64,000 nt of DNA. It comes from a phage. Under the pieces are notes generated by a model. That model was not told the origin of the DNA, did no database searches, and saw nothing but the letters and a program-made list of their open reading frames with translations. Below are positions 29,099-38,557 of this stretch, piece after piece. The position numbers and the translations under genes were made by a program. The first letter of the stretch is position 1; every line of letters begins with the position of its first letter. Location of the stretch: NCBI GenBank assembly GCA_027262695.1, contig GCA_027262695.1_4722.1, one strand, 5' to 3'.

Positions 29099-29920
29099 AT
29101 GGAAAAAGTATTTGTTTGTAAGTTGTTTACCAACGGCAATAGCCAACCAATGTATCTGACCGATCCTGTTCTAGGTAATCGGAACAGTACCGTATTCAAA
29201 GAGGCTTTCGAATACGCTAAAAATAAAGCCGTGAGAACACTGACGTCTGATGACTGTATCGACGGTATCACGTGGGCAGAGTTAATCGGTGATGCCGTTC
29301 GACACTTCGTTCGGGATGCGAGAAAACGGGAAATCTGTCTCACGACTATTGTTGTGCGTGAAAACGCAGAAATTTTATCAAACGTTTTGGTTGATTTTAA
29401 TGACGTTTGCGTGTTTAATCCAGAGAACACGTTTGAACAATACCTTACTGCCCTGAACAACCAGCTCGGTAAAGATATTCATCCCGAATTCGCCAAGTTA
29501 ACGTATCAAGTGCTTTTTAACGACGTCGATCCAAACACAAAGATCAACACCAGCTTATCGCCCCTGGTAAAGAAATACGGATCGGTTCTTGCTACGGCAA
29601 CACCCACCACCGATGGCGGTTATGATATCGAATTGGATGGTCCATTAAAAGAACAAGAACCTACTGGGATTCGGGCGGTACATCACAACCTCGTCGTTAA
29701 ATCTGATGGATGCGATGAACATTACGCTATGATAAACGATGAAAACAATTACCGTTTAAGTCAAGCGATTGGTGTTCTACGCTATACCGAACCCACTGTT
29801 GTAGACGATTATACATCGACAACAACACACACCACGTGTTTCATTTTCATCTATCCCAATGAAAGTGTATACATTACCGACTGCTATGGCAATACCGTAG
29901 ATAGCTTACGTCGTTATTAA
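29099..29920 (+). CDS. hypothetical protein
   Basis: ORF track 29081..29920 (TTG); ATG 29099 preferred. Confidence 0.5.
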   Translation: MEKVFVCKLFTNGNSQPMYLTDPVLGNRNSTVFKEAFEYAKNKAVRTLTSDDCIDGITWAELIGDAVRHFVRDARKREICLTTIVVRENAEILSNVLVDFNDVCVFNPENTFEQYLTALNNQLGKDIHPEFAKLTYQVLFNDVDPNTKINTSLSPLVKKYGSVLATATPTTDGGYDIELDGPLKEQEPTGIRAVHHNLVVKSDGCDEHYAMINDENNYRLSQAIGVLRYTEPTVVDDYTSTTTHTTCFIFIYPNESVYITDCYGNTVDSLRRY

Positions 29921-29926
29921 TCATCA

Positions 29927-29948
29927 AGCCTGTCCTTCGGGGCAGGCT
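29927..29948 (+). terminator. hairpin AGCCTGTCC-ttcg-GGGCAGGCT followed by TTTTATGCCGTTAAA
   Basis: Stem-loop 6 nt after stop of 29099..29920; T-run then TATGCCGT motif. Confidence 0.6.
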
Positions 29949-30022
29949 TTTATGCCGTTAAATAACTGGAATAAGAATTAACAAAATAGGAAAATGGTGT
30001 GAATATAACACAAAGGAGGGAG

Positions 30023-30145
30023 ATGATTATGTTACTCATTCTAATGGAGAGAGCATTGCTGGCGGGTATCTGCGCATTCTCTGTTAAACACGCTGTTACT
30101 ATCATGACTGAAGAAAGGCGTAATACGCATAATGTATTACGCTGA
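30023..30145 (+). CDS. small hydrophobic peptide (40 aa), not in ORF track
   Basis: AAGGAGGGAG immediately upstream of ATG 30023; MIMLLILMERALLAGICAFSVKHAVTIMTEERRNTHNVLR; stop TGA 5 nt before ATG of next gene. Confidence 0.45.
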   Translation: MIMLLILMERALLAGICAFSVKHAVTIMTEERRNTHNVLR

Positions 30146-30150
30146 AAACA

Positions 30151-30564
30151 ATGTCTGCATTAGTGTATGACGAGAAATCGTCGAGGCCCCCGTCTTCACG
30201 AGGGCCAACACCTATGCATGATTATTCATCGTCTGTTAAACAAAAGGTTATAAACATGAGCAATTTGAACGTTGAATTTACTTCAACAACGCCTGTCATG
30301 AATGGTGTTGGCACTGAAACCAAAATCGTATTAGAACCCATTCCAGGGTTACGCGATCTCGGTGATTTTTATCAACTGATGCCGCGTATACGGAAGGCCT
30401 TAAACAGTATCGATCTTGATTCTAATAAAGATTTCCAACACGATACAGAAAATACCGATCATGTATTGCTGCCATCAGGGATCGCAAAATTCACCTACAC
30501 GCAAACATTGAAAGCCTCCGATGGTGAAATCCGTCGTTTTATCGTTGAAGTAGAAAGCGCATAA
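30151..30564 (+). CDS. hypothetical protein
   Basis: 137-aa ORF; no SD at 30151 but possible coupling to upstream small ORF; alternative start ATG 30256. Confidence 0.45.
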   Translation: MSALVYDEKSSRPPSSRGPTPMHDYSSSVKQKVINMSNLNVEFTSTTPVMNGVGTETKIVLEPIPGLRDLGDFYQLMPRIRKALNSIDLDSNKDFQHDTENTDHVLLPSGIAKFTYTQTLKASDGEIRRFIVEVESA

Positions 30565-30568
30565 AAAC

Positions 30569-30600
30569 CATCCTCCCGACCCGTAAGGGAAGGGAGGATG
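30569..30600. terminator. hairpin CATCCTCCC-GACCCGTAAGGGAA-GGGAGGATG followed by TATGCCGTTAAA
   Basis: Same family as 13571/26419; motif at 30604-30611. Confidence 0.6.
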
Positions 30601-30617
30601 AAATATGCCGTTAAACG

Positions 30618-31259
30618 TTATTCAACAAACCCTGCATTCAACAGATTGTCGTAAACACGATTAGCGACATCAACAGGAGAATGTGTGTTACTGGTATCTA
30701 TACGCAGCGTTTTCGCGTCGCCGAGATAGTCCATAAAATCCATGTAACGATAACGTCGTTTATTGAATGTCGCTTCATCGATGTTATCAAACATCTGATG
30801 TTTAGCGTGACGAACACGGAACCGCCTTAAATACGTAGGATAGTCGATATCCAGATAAACATAGTAAGACGGCATGATAATCGACGGTAGGTTCGGCAAC
30901 AATGCGTCAAACAACTTAACGTTGGCATCATTAACCTGATAAACATACGTCGAAGCAATCGAACGATCGCTAAGCACAGTCTTCCCTTCGTTAAGGGCTG
31001 GATGAATCACCTTGTTGAAGAGATGATTACGTTGCGACATCATCGCCAATAGTTCAGTTTCTGGATCGAATCTGTTCGTTGGTGTCTGATCTTCCAGGAT
31101 AAGTTTACGAATGGCTTCTCCGTAGAGCGTACCACCGGGTTCACGTACGACACAGACGTTGTTTAAACGACTGTGTAAAGACGAGATAACCGAACTCTTT
31201 CCTGAATAATCCAGACCTTCAATAACGATATATTTATTACGAGACATTCCCCGCTCCAA
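30618..31259 (-). CDS. tmk: thymidylate kinase (dTMP kinase)
   Basis: KYIVIEGLDYSGKSS P-loop and REPGGT motif match the Tmk pattern; 213 aa. Confidence 0.85.
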   Translation of the reverse strand: MERGMSRNKYIVIEGLDYSGKSSVISSLHSRLNNVCVVREPGGTLYGEAIRKLILEDQTPTNRFDPETELLAMMSQRNHLFNKVIHPALNEGKTVLSDRSIASTYVYQVNDANVKLFDALLPNLPSIIMPSYYVYLDIDYPTYLRRFRVRHAKHQMFDNIDEATFNKRRYRYMDFMDYLGDAKTLRIDTSNTHSPVDVANRVYDNLLNAGFVE

Positions 31260-31263
31260 TTAA

Positions 31264-32490
31264 CTACTTCGTTTTCGCCGTTATCGGCTGCGATACTGTA
31301 ATCTCGACCCGATCGACATCGGTACGTTTAACGATGATAAGGCTGCGTTCATCACCGAATGGTTCTGAGATCTTACAAGCCTCTTTAAGATTTTCGAGAA
31401 TCGTGCCATGGGGTTCAAACACCGCAAAACCGGAACTAGCGTCGATTCTTATTAAATATACACGCACATTGTTTACGGTAATGGTGTCATCCGTCTTGAA
31501 CCCACAGCAGGAGGGTAGACAGAACTGACCATTAACGCAATTAGCTAAGTATGCCTCACCACCGAACATTTCTATTAACGTCACCGGTTTAAATGTTTTC
31601 TCTGGGAAAGCATTATTAAGAATATCGTTTCCATTCACAAACCAGATCGTTACTTTATCTTCGGAATACGCTAGTCTGTATGGTTGGGTTGCGGACGCCT
31701 GCGCTTTATGCTGGTTAAATAACTTTGATTTTGTCGCAATCACAGCACGACCTTGGGCGTCAAAGTACAGAACTTCATACCCAACACATCCGATAAACAC
31801 GCGACGGTTATTAAGTTCCGGAATTCTGACTACTAACGCATTACCATCTTCCGTCGGTGTAATACCACGTAGGATGATAGATTCGTTGTTCAATGTTGAG
31901 TTGCTCACGATGACGCTTCGCATTACCGCTGGCGACACTATTTCATCTGCTGCAGGTTCAAGTTGCTCAGCTGTTACAGTCACGGATCTGTCTTCCTTTT
32001 CAACTGGCCAGTTGAAAAGGATTGTTTTATTAAGACAAACAATTGGGGTAATTTCGCCGATACTCCGTATCTTGACTGAGGGGCAATTGCACACATACGG
32101 AACAAAAACATCAATATCGTTGGTCGCTTCTTCAAGCATGCTAGCATACGCCATTGCTTCGGGACGATCGGTGAGATGAATAACAGCATAGACGATATCG
32201 TCTTTTAACCACGCACGTTTCACTCGTCCTATAACACGATTGATGTCTACAATAACTCTCTGAGCTTTCATCTCCCATTTTACTGCATCAGTACCACCCG
32301 CAACCACGTTCGGTTTATCCGTGTTTACACGATGAAGGAAACTATTGATTATTTCCTCATCGATCTGGATATCCTTTCTCGCAAAATTCAACAACGGAAT
32401 AACGAACTCATTGTTACCGCACTTCTCTGCTCCGCGAATGATAGGAGTACACTTCTTGTTCTCATCTGATCCCCAGATAACTTTAGTCAT
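31264..32490 (-). CDS. hypothetical protein
   Basis: ORF track 31264..32517 (GTG); ATG 32490 with AAGGA upstream preferred. Confidence 0.5.
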   Translation of the reverse strand: MTKVIWGSDENKKCTPIIRGAEKCGNNEFVIPLLNFARKDIQIDEEIINSFLHRVNTDKPNVVAGGTDAVKWEMKAQRVIVDINRVIGRVKRAWLKDDIVYAVIHLTDRPEAMAYASMLEEATNDIDVFVPYVCNCPSVKIRSIGEITPIVCLNKTILFNWPVEKEDRSVTVTAEQLEPAADEIVSPAVMRSVIVSNSTLNNESIILRGITPTEDGNALVVRIPELNNRRVFIGCVGYEVLYFDAQGRAVIATKSKLFNQHKAQASATQPYRLAYSEDKVTIWFVNGNDILNNAFPEKTFKPVTLIEMFGGEAYLANCVNGQFCLPSCCGFKTDDTITVNNVRVYLIRIDASSGFAVFEPHGTILENLKEACKISEPFGDERSLIIVKRTDVDRVEITVSQPITAKTK

Positions 32491-32523
32491 TTTCTGTTTC
32501 CTTCTTGGGTTTTGCACAAGTTT

Positions 32524-33138
32524 CTAACGGCGTTTTGTACCGACCTTCCCATTTCGATGGTCATCAAGAATACGCCATTCTTCGAACAGGAGTTCGGCTG
32601 CGAAATAACCTACAGCGATGCTGTCTATCGCATGCTCATCAAGATTCGCTAACACAACACCGTTTCTGGGTGTGATGTTCATGAGGTTCAACACTTTCTG
32701 GCGAACATCGTCCTTACCAACACGGGACGTCATAATCCCAACAGCGCGTTTTGCGCTTCGGTTATCAACCCCTAAGAAAGACACCGTAGGGTCAAAATCG
32801 ATAACCGTTGTCTGAATCGCTGAAAACAGCTCGCTGAGCGCCATACCGCTTTGCTTGAAACGACCGATGAATGGCGTCTCACAAGCGACCGCTTGCGGCT
32901 GGTACTCTTGCAATAACGTTGTCAGCGAACGACGGTGTTCTTGGATACGTGCGGCACGATTACCGTATCCAAGCGCAATATCGCCATCGGGATCATATCG
33001 ACGTGAAGCGTGCCATGTCCCTGCATACAGCAGTTCAATATCTTCGACACGCACGTCCAAACGTAGTAACGACGCACCGAGTGTATCGGTGCCAGGGTCG
33101 ATTGCCAGAATATCGTAAGCGTATTCTGGTGGGATCAT
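32524..33138 (-). CDS. RuvC-like Holliday junction resolvase
   Basis: ILAIDPGTDTLG (RuvC motif ILGIDPG), ACETPF, C-terminal DEHAIDSIAVG; ATG 33138 overlaps upstream stop (ATGA). Confidence 0.7.
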   Translation of the reverse strand: MIPPEYAYDILAIDPGTDTLGASLLRLDVRVEDIELLYAGTWHASRRYDPDGDIALGYGNRAARIQEHRRSLTTLLQEYQPQAVACETPFIGRFKQSGMALSELFSAIQTTVIDFDPTVSFLGVDNRSAKRAVGIMTSRVGKDDVRQKVLNLMNITPRNGVVLANLDEHAIDSIAVGYFAAELLFEEWRILDDHRNGKVGTKRR

Positions 33139-33950
33139 GGTGTTACAACAGCCTCTACTGACCATGGGAAGGTTTTCGCAACAACACCTTCCAGGAAGCG
33201 TTCAACTTCCGATTGCTCATACACCGAAAGCTTTTCGAACGGCGTTTGGTCTTCGGTTAAACCTACCGCATGAATAGGACCCAGGTCTTTAACCAGAGTG
33301 ACTTCGCCTTTAACGCCTTCGCGTTTAACGATGATCGCATGATCATTAACCTTGGGATCATACAGCACGCGCATCATGGTTACCGCGTCATCCGGTTCAT
33401 GACCGAAATCGATGGCAACACGAGCATTCGTCCCTTCATCATCCAGAAGCTTGCTCAGCGCTTTACAACGGTCTTCAATCCAATCCAACGCAACCACGGT
33501 TTCTTGGCGTAGCTGAACCTCAACTTCTTTTCCTTGTTCGTCGATACGTTTCACAGTAACAAAATCGTGTAATAGGCGGTCAGGAAGGAGGGAAGCAATA
33601 AGCTCAATGTTGGGTTCAGGTTTTTCGTTTTCCAGAATGATGGTCGCTTGTGCGTCCAGATGTTCTTTAAAACGGATGTAGCGCGTTAATCGCAGAACCT
33701 CGTCTTGGGATTTTGCGTCTTCGGGAATAATCTCCGTCATGACGTTATAAATCTTTTCAGCGAACGTCGGAATTACGGTGATTGTAATTCGTGCTGGTGT
33801 ACCGCGCTCCTGATACTCATCGGCTAACTTCTTGGCCATCCCGTTAAAATAGGTCTGGAGAAACGGTTGTTGTGTTAAAAACATTTTCTCCAGATCGGAA
33901 TAGCGATGCTTGCGTGCATGGCCTAGCTTCTTCATAGGCTTTTTCATCAA
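33135..33950 (-). CDS. hypothetical protein
   Basis: 271-aa ORF between Rad50-like and RuvC-like genes; no Mre11 phosphoesterase motifs seen. Confidence 0.5.
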   Translation of the reverse strand: MMKKPMKKLGHARKHRYSDLEKMFLTQQPFLQTYFNGMAKKLADEYQERGTPARITITVIPTFAEKIYNVMTEIIPEDAKSQDEVLRLTRYIRFKEHLDAQATIILENEKPEPNIELIASLLPDRLLHDFVTVKRIDEQGKEVEVQLRQETVVALDWIEDRCKALSKLLDDEGTNARVAIDFGHEPDDAVTMMRVLYDPKVNDHAIIVKREGVKGEVTLVKDLGPIHAVGLTEDQTPFEKLSVYEQSEVERFLEGVVAKTFPWSVEAVVTP

Positions 33951-33968
33951 CAGAAATCCTTATTTGTC

Positions 33969-36425
33969 TTAAATTATCGTGACATGTTCGTTATACGTTT
34001 CGGGGAGAATGATGTTCGTTTTATCAAGAACCATACACTCGGCTTTACGGAATGATGCATGGTTAATAACATAGTGGCTGATGAACCACACTTGGCTTAC
34101 GCGGTGACCATCAACCAAACGACGAACAAAATCCATGGCATTAGATTGGTGCTGCGGATCAAATGTTGATGCGAATTCATCTAACATCAACGGATAATCC
34201 GTGAACCCTTTGTAATGCATCATCGCGATGATGAACGCGATATTGATAATTTCCTTTTGTCCCTTACTCCCATAAACAATATCTTTTCGCGGTGTCGGAT
34301 ACTTCTCGGTTAAAAGTGGAAAACGATAGTTCAATCCTTGCGCATCGATAGCACATGGGAGTATCTGAAGTTGGTATTCCCAAATACTCGCAATGATACC
34401 GTTCATGTACTCAACGAACGCGTTGATTGGACCAGCGATTGTTTCGGCAATCAGTCCGTTAGATGGACTTAACTCATCCAGAACAAGTTGTGCGTAACTG
34501 AGCTGTTCTTCCACCTCTTTTTGTGTCGTTTCCAACTGAACCAGAAGCTGCTGGTCGGTTTTAGCTTCCTGTAGTTGCTGTTCGACATGACTTATTCGGC
34601 GAACTGTATCAGACATCGCAGCACGTAACGATTTCGTGTAGAGGTGTTGCAGATACTCTAACCACAGTTGCGTTAACGCTTTATCGCTGTTATCAGAACG
34701 TACCTGATCTTCCATAATCGACGTAATGGTTTCCAATCTACCTTCCGTAGCTGTGATGGCTTGTGTTAACCGCTCAACGGTTGTTAACAACTCTGTCCTG
34801 TTCTTATAAAGCAATTCTCGACGTTGCTGTAACGGTTCAACATCAACCGCTTGTACCCGTTCGAGCATACCTTGAAGATGCTTCCGTTCCTGTTCGGCTT
34901 GTGTGTAACGCGCAAGTTTCTCAAACGCAAGCAACCAATCGTTAATGATTCCAATGCTGCGGAATCCTAAACCGTTTTTACGTCCTTCTTCCAACAGATT
35001 ATCCCACATGGGTTTAATGGCGTAATAATCCTTCGTCCAACGCGTTAACTGACGATGTTGTTCCATCCAAAGCGTATAGCGCTGCACCTTCTCATTAAGT
35101 TCGGCTAACGATTTCTCCTGTTCTTCAACCCAAGCACGACCCTTCTGAATACGTTGTTCAATACCCGCTTTGCTGGTCTTTTCTGTCTCACCAACATGAA
35201 AGCGATAATTGCATTTTGGACAGCTGGTCTGGGGTTGATGGTTAAGGTGGTCGAGGTGCGCTTCTAAATCGGCTAACGCATGTTTCGCGTTACGCAAACG
35301 CATTCTTGCTGCCTCTTCCTCCTTGATGTAAGCTTCAGCGTCGTAAACATGATAGGTGTTGTCGGTATCAATCCATTCTTGGAGTAATTCCGTTAACGGA
35401 GCCTGAACTTGTGTGAGCTGTTGTAAACAAACCGCGGCGTCCAGATTCATTGTTAAAAGCTCACCTGGATGATCTTGCTGAAGTTGTTCATCCAAACAGG
35501 CAAGGCGGGCTTTAATCTGATCGATATCGCCTTCTCCAGACTGTTTCAACTGGTCAAGGATATTATCGATACCCAACAGCTCGTCAACCTGACTTTCGAG
35601 TTTCGCATTCGCATTCGCGAGTTGCTCTCTTAGTTCAGCCAGATTCTGCTGTTCTTGTTGCGATGTTCCTCCTTGGTAACGAACAACCGCGCGAAGAAGT
35701 TCGCGATTAAAATGATGGGCACGTTGTGCGGATTCCAGAAGCTGTCGTTGATCAACGTCGCTATCGAATAACGGCAATCCCATCATCGCTTCGAGCGCTG
35801 AGCGTTGCTGCTTTAACTCTGCTTCCAATCCCTGGTGGTCGGTTCCGGTGTATTTCGCTTCAATACGCTGTGATGTTTCAACCAACTTATTCAGTGTATG
35901 CTCATTCACCGCTTTCAGTGAACGTACTTGTTGCTTAACAACCTGAAACAACTCGAGCGCATAATCGACGTTAACCGGACATATCTGTGTTAATCGTTCG
36001 CGGCGTTTCATCGGTCCCATTTCGGTGAACTGATAAGCCGTTTCGTAACCTAGCAACAAACGAATGGTGTCATCATTAAGTTCGAAATGTTCTTCAATCA
36101 GTTTCCATTGGGCCGGTTGTGTACCACCACCGTTCAGGTTCTCGCTGTCGTTAACGTAGAACTCATGCTTAAACCCTTTTTCTAAACGACTGATAAGACG
36201 GTATTGCTTATTACGGTGTTCGCAGCGGTACTCGTAATACCCGTCTTTATCAAAATCAGCACGCTCAGGAACGGTCGGATACAGCAAAGGCAATAGACTA
36301 CTCTTACCGGAACCATTACTGCCTAAAATGAGTTGTACGGGATTATCTGGCCGGATGACCAGCTCCCGAATCATCCCGGTATCAAAACGATTGAATCCAC
36401 GTAAGTGGAGATAGGTGCATCGCAT
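33969..36425 (-). CDS. Rad50/SbcC-like SMC-family ATPase with coiled coil and CxxC zinc-hook
   Basis: Walker A LILGSNGSGKSSLL; central CPKC (about 35215-35226) inside long coiled coil; C-terminal signature-like GSKGQKE and Walker B PLMLDEF. Start set at ATG 36425. Confidence 0.7.
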   Translation of the reverse strand: MRCTYLHLRGFNRFDTGMIRELVIRPDNPVQLILGSNGSGKSSLLPLLYPTVPERADFDKDGYYEYRCEHRNKQYRLISRLEKGFKHEFYVNDSENLNGGGTQPAQWKLIEEHFELNDDTIRLLLGYETAYQFTEMGPMKRRERLTQICPVNVDYALELFQVVKQQVRSLKAVNEHTLNKLVETSQRIEAKYTGTDHQGLEAELKQQRSALEAMMGLPLFDSDVDQRQLLESAQRAHHFNRELLRAVVRYQGGTSQQEQQNLAELREQLANANAKLESQVDELLGIDNILDQLKQSGEGDIDQIKARLACLDEQLQQDHPGELLTMNLDAAVCLQQLTQVQAPLTELLQEWIDTDNTYHVYDAEAYIKEEEAARMRLRNAKHALADLEAHLDHLNHQPQTSCPKCNYRFHVGETEKTSKAGIEQRIQKGRAWVEEQEKSLAELNEKVQRYTLWMEQHRQLTRWTKDYYAIKPMWDNLLEEGRKNGLGFRSIGIINDWLLAFEKLARYTQAEQERKHLQGMLERVQAVDVEPLQQRRELLYKNRTELLTTVERLTQAITATEGRLETITSIMEDQVRSDNSDKALTQLWLEYLQHLYTKSLRAAMSDTVRRISHVEQQLQEAKTDQQLLVQLETTQKEVEEQLSYAQLVLDELSPSNGLIAETIAGPINAFVEYMNGIIASIWEYQLQILPCAIDAQGLNYRFPLLTEKYPTPRKDIVYGSKGQKEIINIAFIIAMMHYKGFTDYPLMLDEFASTFDPQHQSNAMDFVRRLVDGHRVSQVWFISHYVINHASFRKAECMVLDKTNIILPETYNEHVTII

Positions 36426-36450
36426 GCTATGATAATCCTTCTTCGATACC

Positions 36451-36496
36451 TTCTGAACCACGGGTTCAGAATGCGAAGCTGAAGCCATACTTCAGC
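36451..36496. promoter_or_regulatory. two adjacent inverted repeats in divergent promoter region
   Basis: TTCTGAACC-acg-GGTTCAGAA (36451-36471) and GCTGAAG-ccata-CTTCAGC (36478-36496). Confidence 0.35.
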
Positions 36497-36539
36497 GTTA
36501 TTTTCTATATCGTTATTTAAATCAGTAGGAGATTACAGC

Positions 36540-37628
36540 ATGAGCGACCTGGCAACAGACAATCGCACAAAAGGGAGTCAGCTAGCTCCAGACAACAACG
36601 TAAGCGTTTTCCGTATCTATGCCTTGGGTACTGTTGCTGCCGACTTTTCCAATAAAAGTCTGGAGGAAGATCCTAACCAAACGCTGGAGGTCTTTCTTGA
36701 TGAGATGATGTCAGGCGCTGATGGGAAAGTTGAAGCGGCGGGAAGCGTTAAAGAAGTCAGTGCAACAGACGCTCAAGGGAACAGTTATACGGCGAAAGCG
36801 GCAACAACAACCAGCGTACAGTGTTACTGGTTACCTTTCGGTAGTAACCGGATGACAGCACCTAACTTGAGGAAAGGTCAGCGTGTGGTGGTCTGGCGTA
36901 CTGCTGATGAAGAACAACTCTATTGGCAGCCCAAAGGAGGGGATAGTGAGCTGATGACCATGGAATCGGTTATCCTCACCGTCAGCGCACGTCCTAGCGC
37001 TAAGAAGGACCGTAAATCGATTTCAACGGAAGACTGCTATTACCTAATGGTTGATACCTTTCTTAAGAAAGCGGTTATCGGTACAAGCGCACAGCTTGGT
37101 GAAGTTACCCAAGTCTACATGGAACTTAATCTGGACGAGGGTTACCTACAGGTTGCGGACAGCGTCCATCAAAATCTGCTGTTACTCCATTTCGTTGAAC
37201 ATATGCTGCGTTATCAAAACCAGGACGACAGCATCATCGACGTGACAAAAAAGAACATCACATTCCAGTGCGAGGATACGCTCAAAGCCATCGCTAAGAA
37301 CGATATCCGAATGAAAGCAAAAAACATTTATACCGAATGTGAGAACTTCGAGCGTACCAGCAAAACAGAAAGCGTTACGAGTCAGAATGTTTCTTTGAAG
37401 TGTGACCGCTACACCGCGCAAGTATCAGGACAAACCACGTTCAAATGTCCTAATACGGTATTCACCGGAGCTGTAAGCTTCACAGGTGAGGACGGAAACA
37501 CGATGACGTTGAATGGGAACTTCGTACATGTTGCGGGCTCTTGGCGTTCACCAACCGGAACAAACGTATACACCCACGATCATGGTGGTGTAGATCGTGG
37601 TAGCGGTCGTACAGACCCGTTCCAATAA
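36540..37628 (+). CDS. hypothetical protein
   Basis: 362-aa ORF, AGGAGA upstream; isolated plus-strand gene with hairpin 37651-37684 downstream. Confidence 0.55.
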   Translation: MSDLATDNRTKGSQLAPDNNVSVFRIYALGTVAADFSNKSLEEDPNQTLEVFLDEMMSGADGKVEAAGSVKEVSATDAQGNSYTAKAATTTSVQCYWLPFGSNRMTAPNLRKGQRVVVWRTADEEQLYWQPKGGDSELMTMESVILTVSARPSAKKDRKSISTEDCYYLMVDTFLKKAVIGTSAQLGEVTQVYMELNLDEGYLQVADSVHQNLLLLHFVEHMLRYQNQDDSIIDVTKKNITFQCEDTLKAIAKNDIRMKAKNIYTECENFERTSKTESVTSQNVSLKCDRYTAQVSGQTTFKCPNTVFTGAVSFTGEDGNTMTLNGNFVHVAGSWRSPTGTNVYTHDHGGVDRGSGRTDPFQ

Positions 37629-37650
37629 ACAAAAAAGAAATGCAACACAA

Positions 37651-37684
37651 CCTCCTTCCCCGGCCTGATGGCTAGGGAAGGAGG
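37651..37684. terminator. bidirectional hairpin CCTCCTTCCC...GGGAAGGAGG
   Basis: 10-bp stem between convergent genes. Confidence 0.55.
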
Positions 37685-37699
37685 ATTATGGTTTATTTA

Positions 37700-38089
37700 T
37701 TAACGGATTGCGTTTTGGATGATTTCTTTTCCGATCGTAATCAAAGCAGGTATCTGTACTGCGGTTGCGCCTTGATGACGAAACGCGGTCGTTAATGCGG
37801 TATCGATGCTCACAGCACGTCCGTGAAGACGATCGAAATAGACTTGAGTGATAGCAGCGGCATACTCTTTTCGCTGTTTCTTGGTTTGGTTTACCATCGT
37901 CGCACTACTACCGACGATGAAATAAGCGATTAAGAAGAATGCGGCTGACCGTGAGCCGGGTAGAAAGCCTTGGCGTTTAGGAAGCATTTCACAATCACGA
38001 ACAGTAATACTGTTCGTGAGCTTTTCCATGTCGACATGGCATAATTTTGCATAGGTGTGAAGATGATGGGTAAAAGTTGAATTTAACAT
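37700..38089 (-). CDS. small membrane protein
   Basis: Central TM AAFFLIAYFIVGSSATMV; GAGGAAAG upstream. Confidence 0.5.
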   Translation of the reverse strand: MLNSTFTHHLHTYAKLCHVDMEKLTNSITVRDCEMLPKRQGFLPGSRSAAFFLIAYFIVGSSATMVNQTKKQRKEYAAAITQVYFDRLHGRAVSIDTALTTAFRHQGATAVQIPALITIGKEIIQNAIR

Positions 38090-38193
38090 TTCTTTCCTCG
38101 GTTACAATGAGTTCAATGTATGGCGTAAACGTCACAGAACGACGTATAACAGTTTGTTTTGATTTCTAAGGTGTTTCCCTATCTAAGAGTGAA

Positions 38194-38556
38194 TTAAAGC
38201 GTTCTGAAGAGTTCTGTGGCGTTCTCAGCACGTAAACATGCTTCGTTCAACAACTCCGCTAACAACTTCGATCTAACTTCAACGAATGTCCTGGTACGAT
38301 GCTCCCAGTCTAAACGGATGGTGTAAGTATCATCCATGTTTCTGTGGTCAACAACAGATGTTGAACAACGTGTTTCTTGTTTATTCACAGCACTCCAGAC
38401 ATCACGGATAATCGTCATGCCTTTCTTGGTGCACGTAAACGTCAAGATACAACGATTATTCGCTGCTTCTTCACAAACGTGAATAAATTCGCTTCGTAGC
38501 GATGAGGTCTTGGTCAATCGATCGATAGCAAGCGATAACCCAATACGTTGTTGCAT
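38194..38556 (-). CDS. small hypothetical protein (tandem family, possible third member)
   Basis: 120 aa; ILTFTCTKKGMTIIRDVW resembles the core of the two upstream genes. Confidence 0.45.
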   Translation of the reverse strand: MQQRIGLSLAIDRLTKTSSLRSEFIHVCEEAANNRCILTFTCTKKGMTIIRDVWSAVNKQETRCSTSVVDHRNMDDTYTIRLDWEHRTRTFVEVRSKLLAELLNEACLRAENATELFRTL

Positions 38557-38557
38557 A

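Noticed and set aside
33135-36425. Phage-encoded defence system (Lamassu- or Wadjet-like) built on the SMC-like ATPase
   Set aside because: The neighbours are a RuvC-like resolvase and thymidylate kinase, which fit a DNA metabolism module; no effector-like nuclease, TIR or other defence-associated domains were recognised.
36540-37628. Baseplate spike (gpV/gp5-like) assignment for 36540..37628
   Set aside because: Only a vague impression from beta-rich composition; the gene is isolated among non-structural genes and no diagnostic motif was found.
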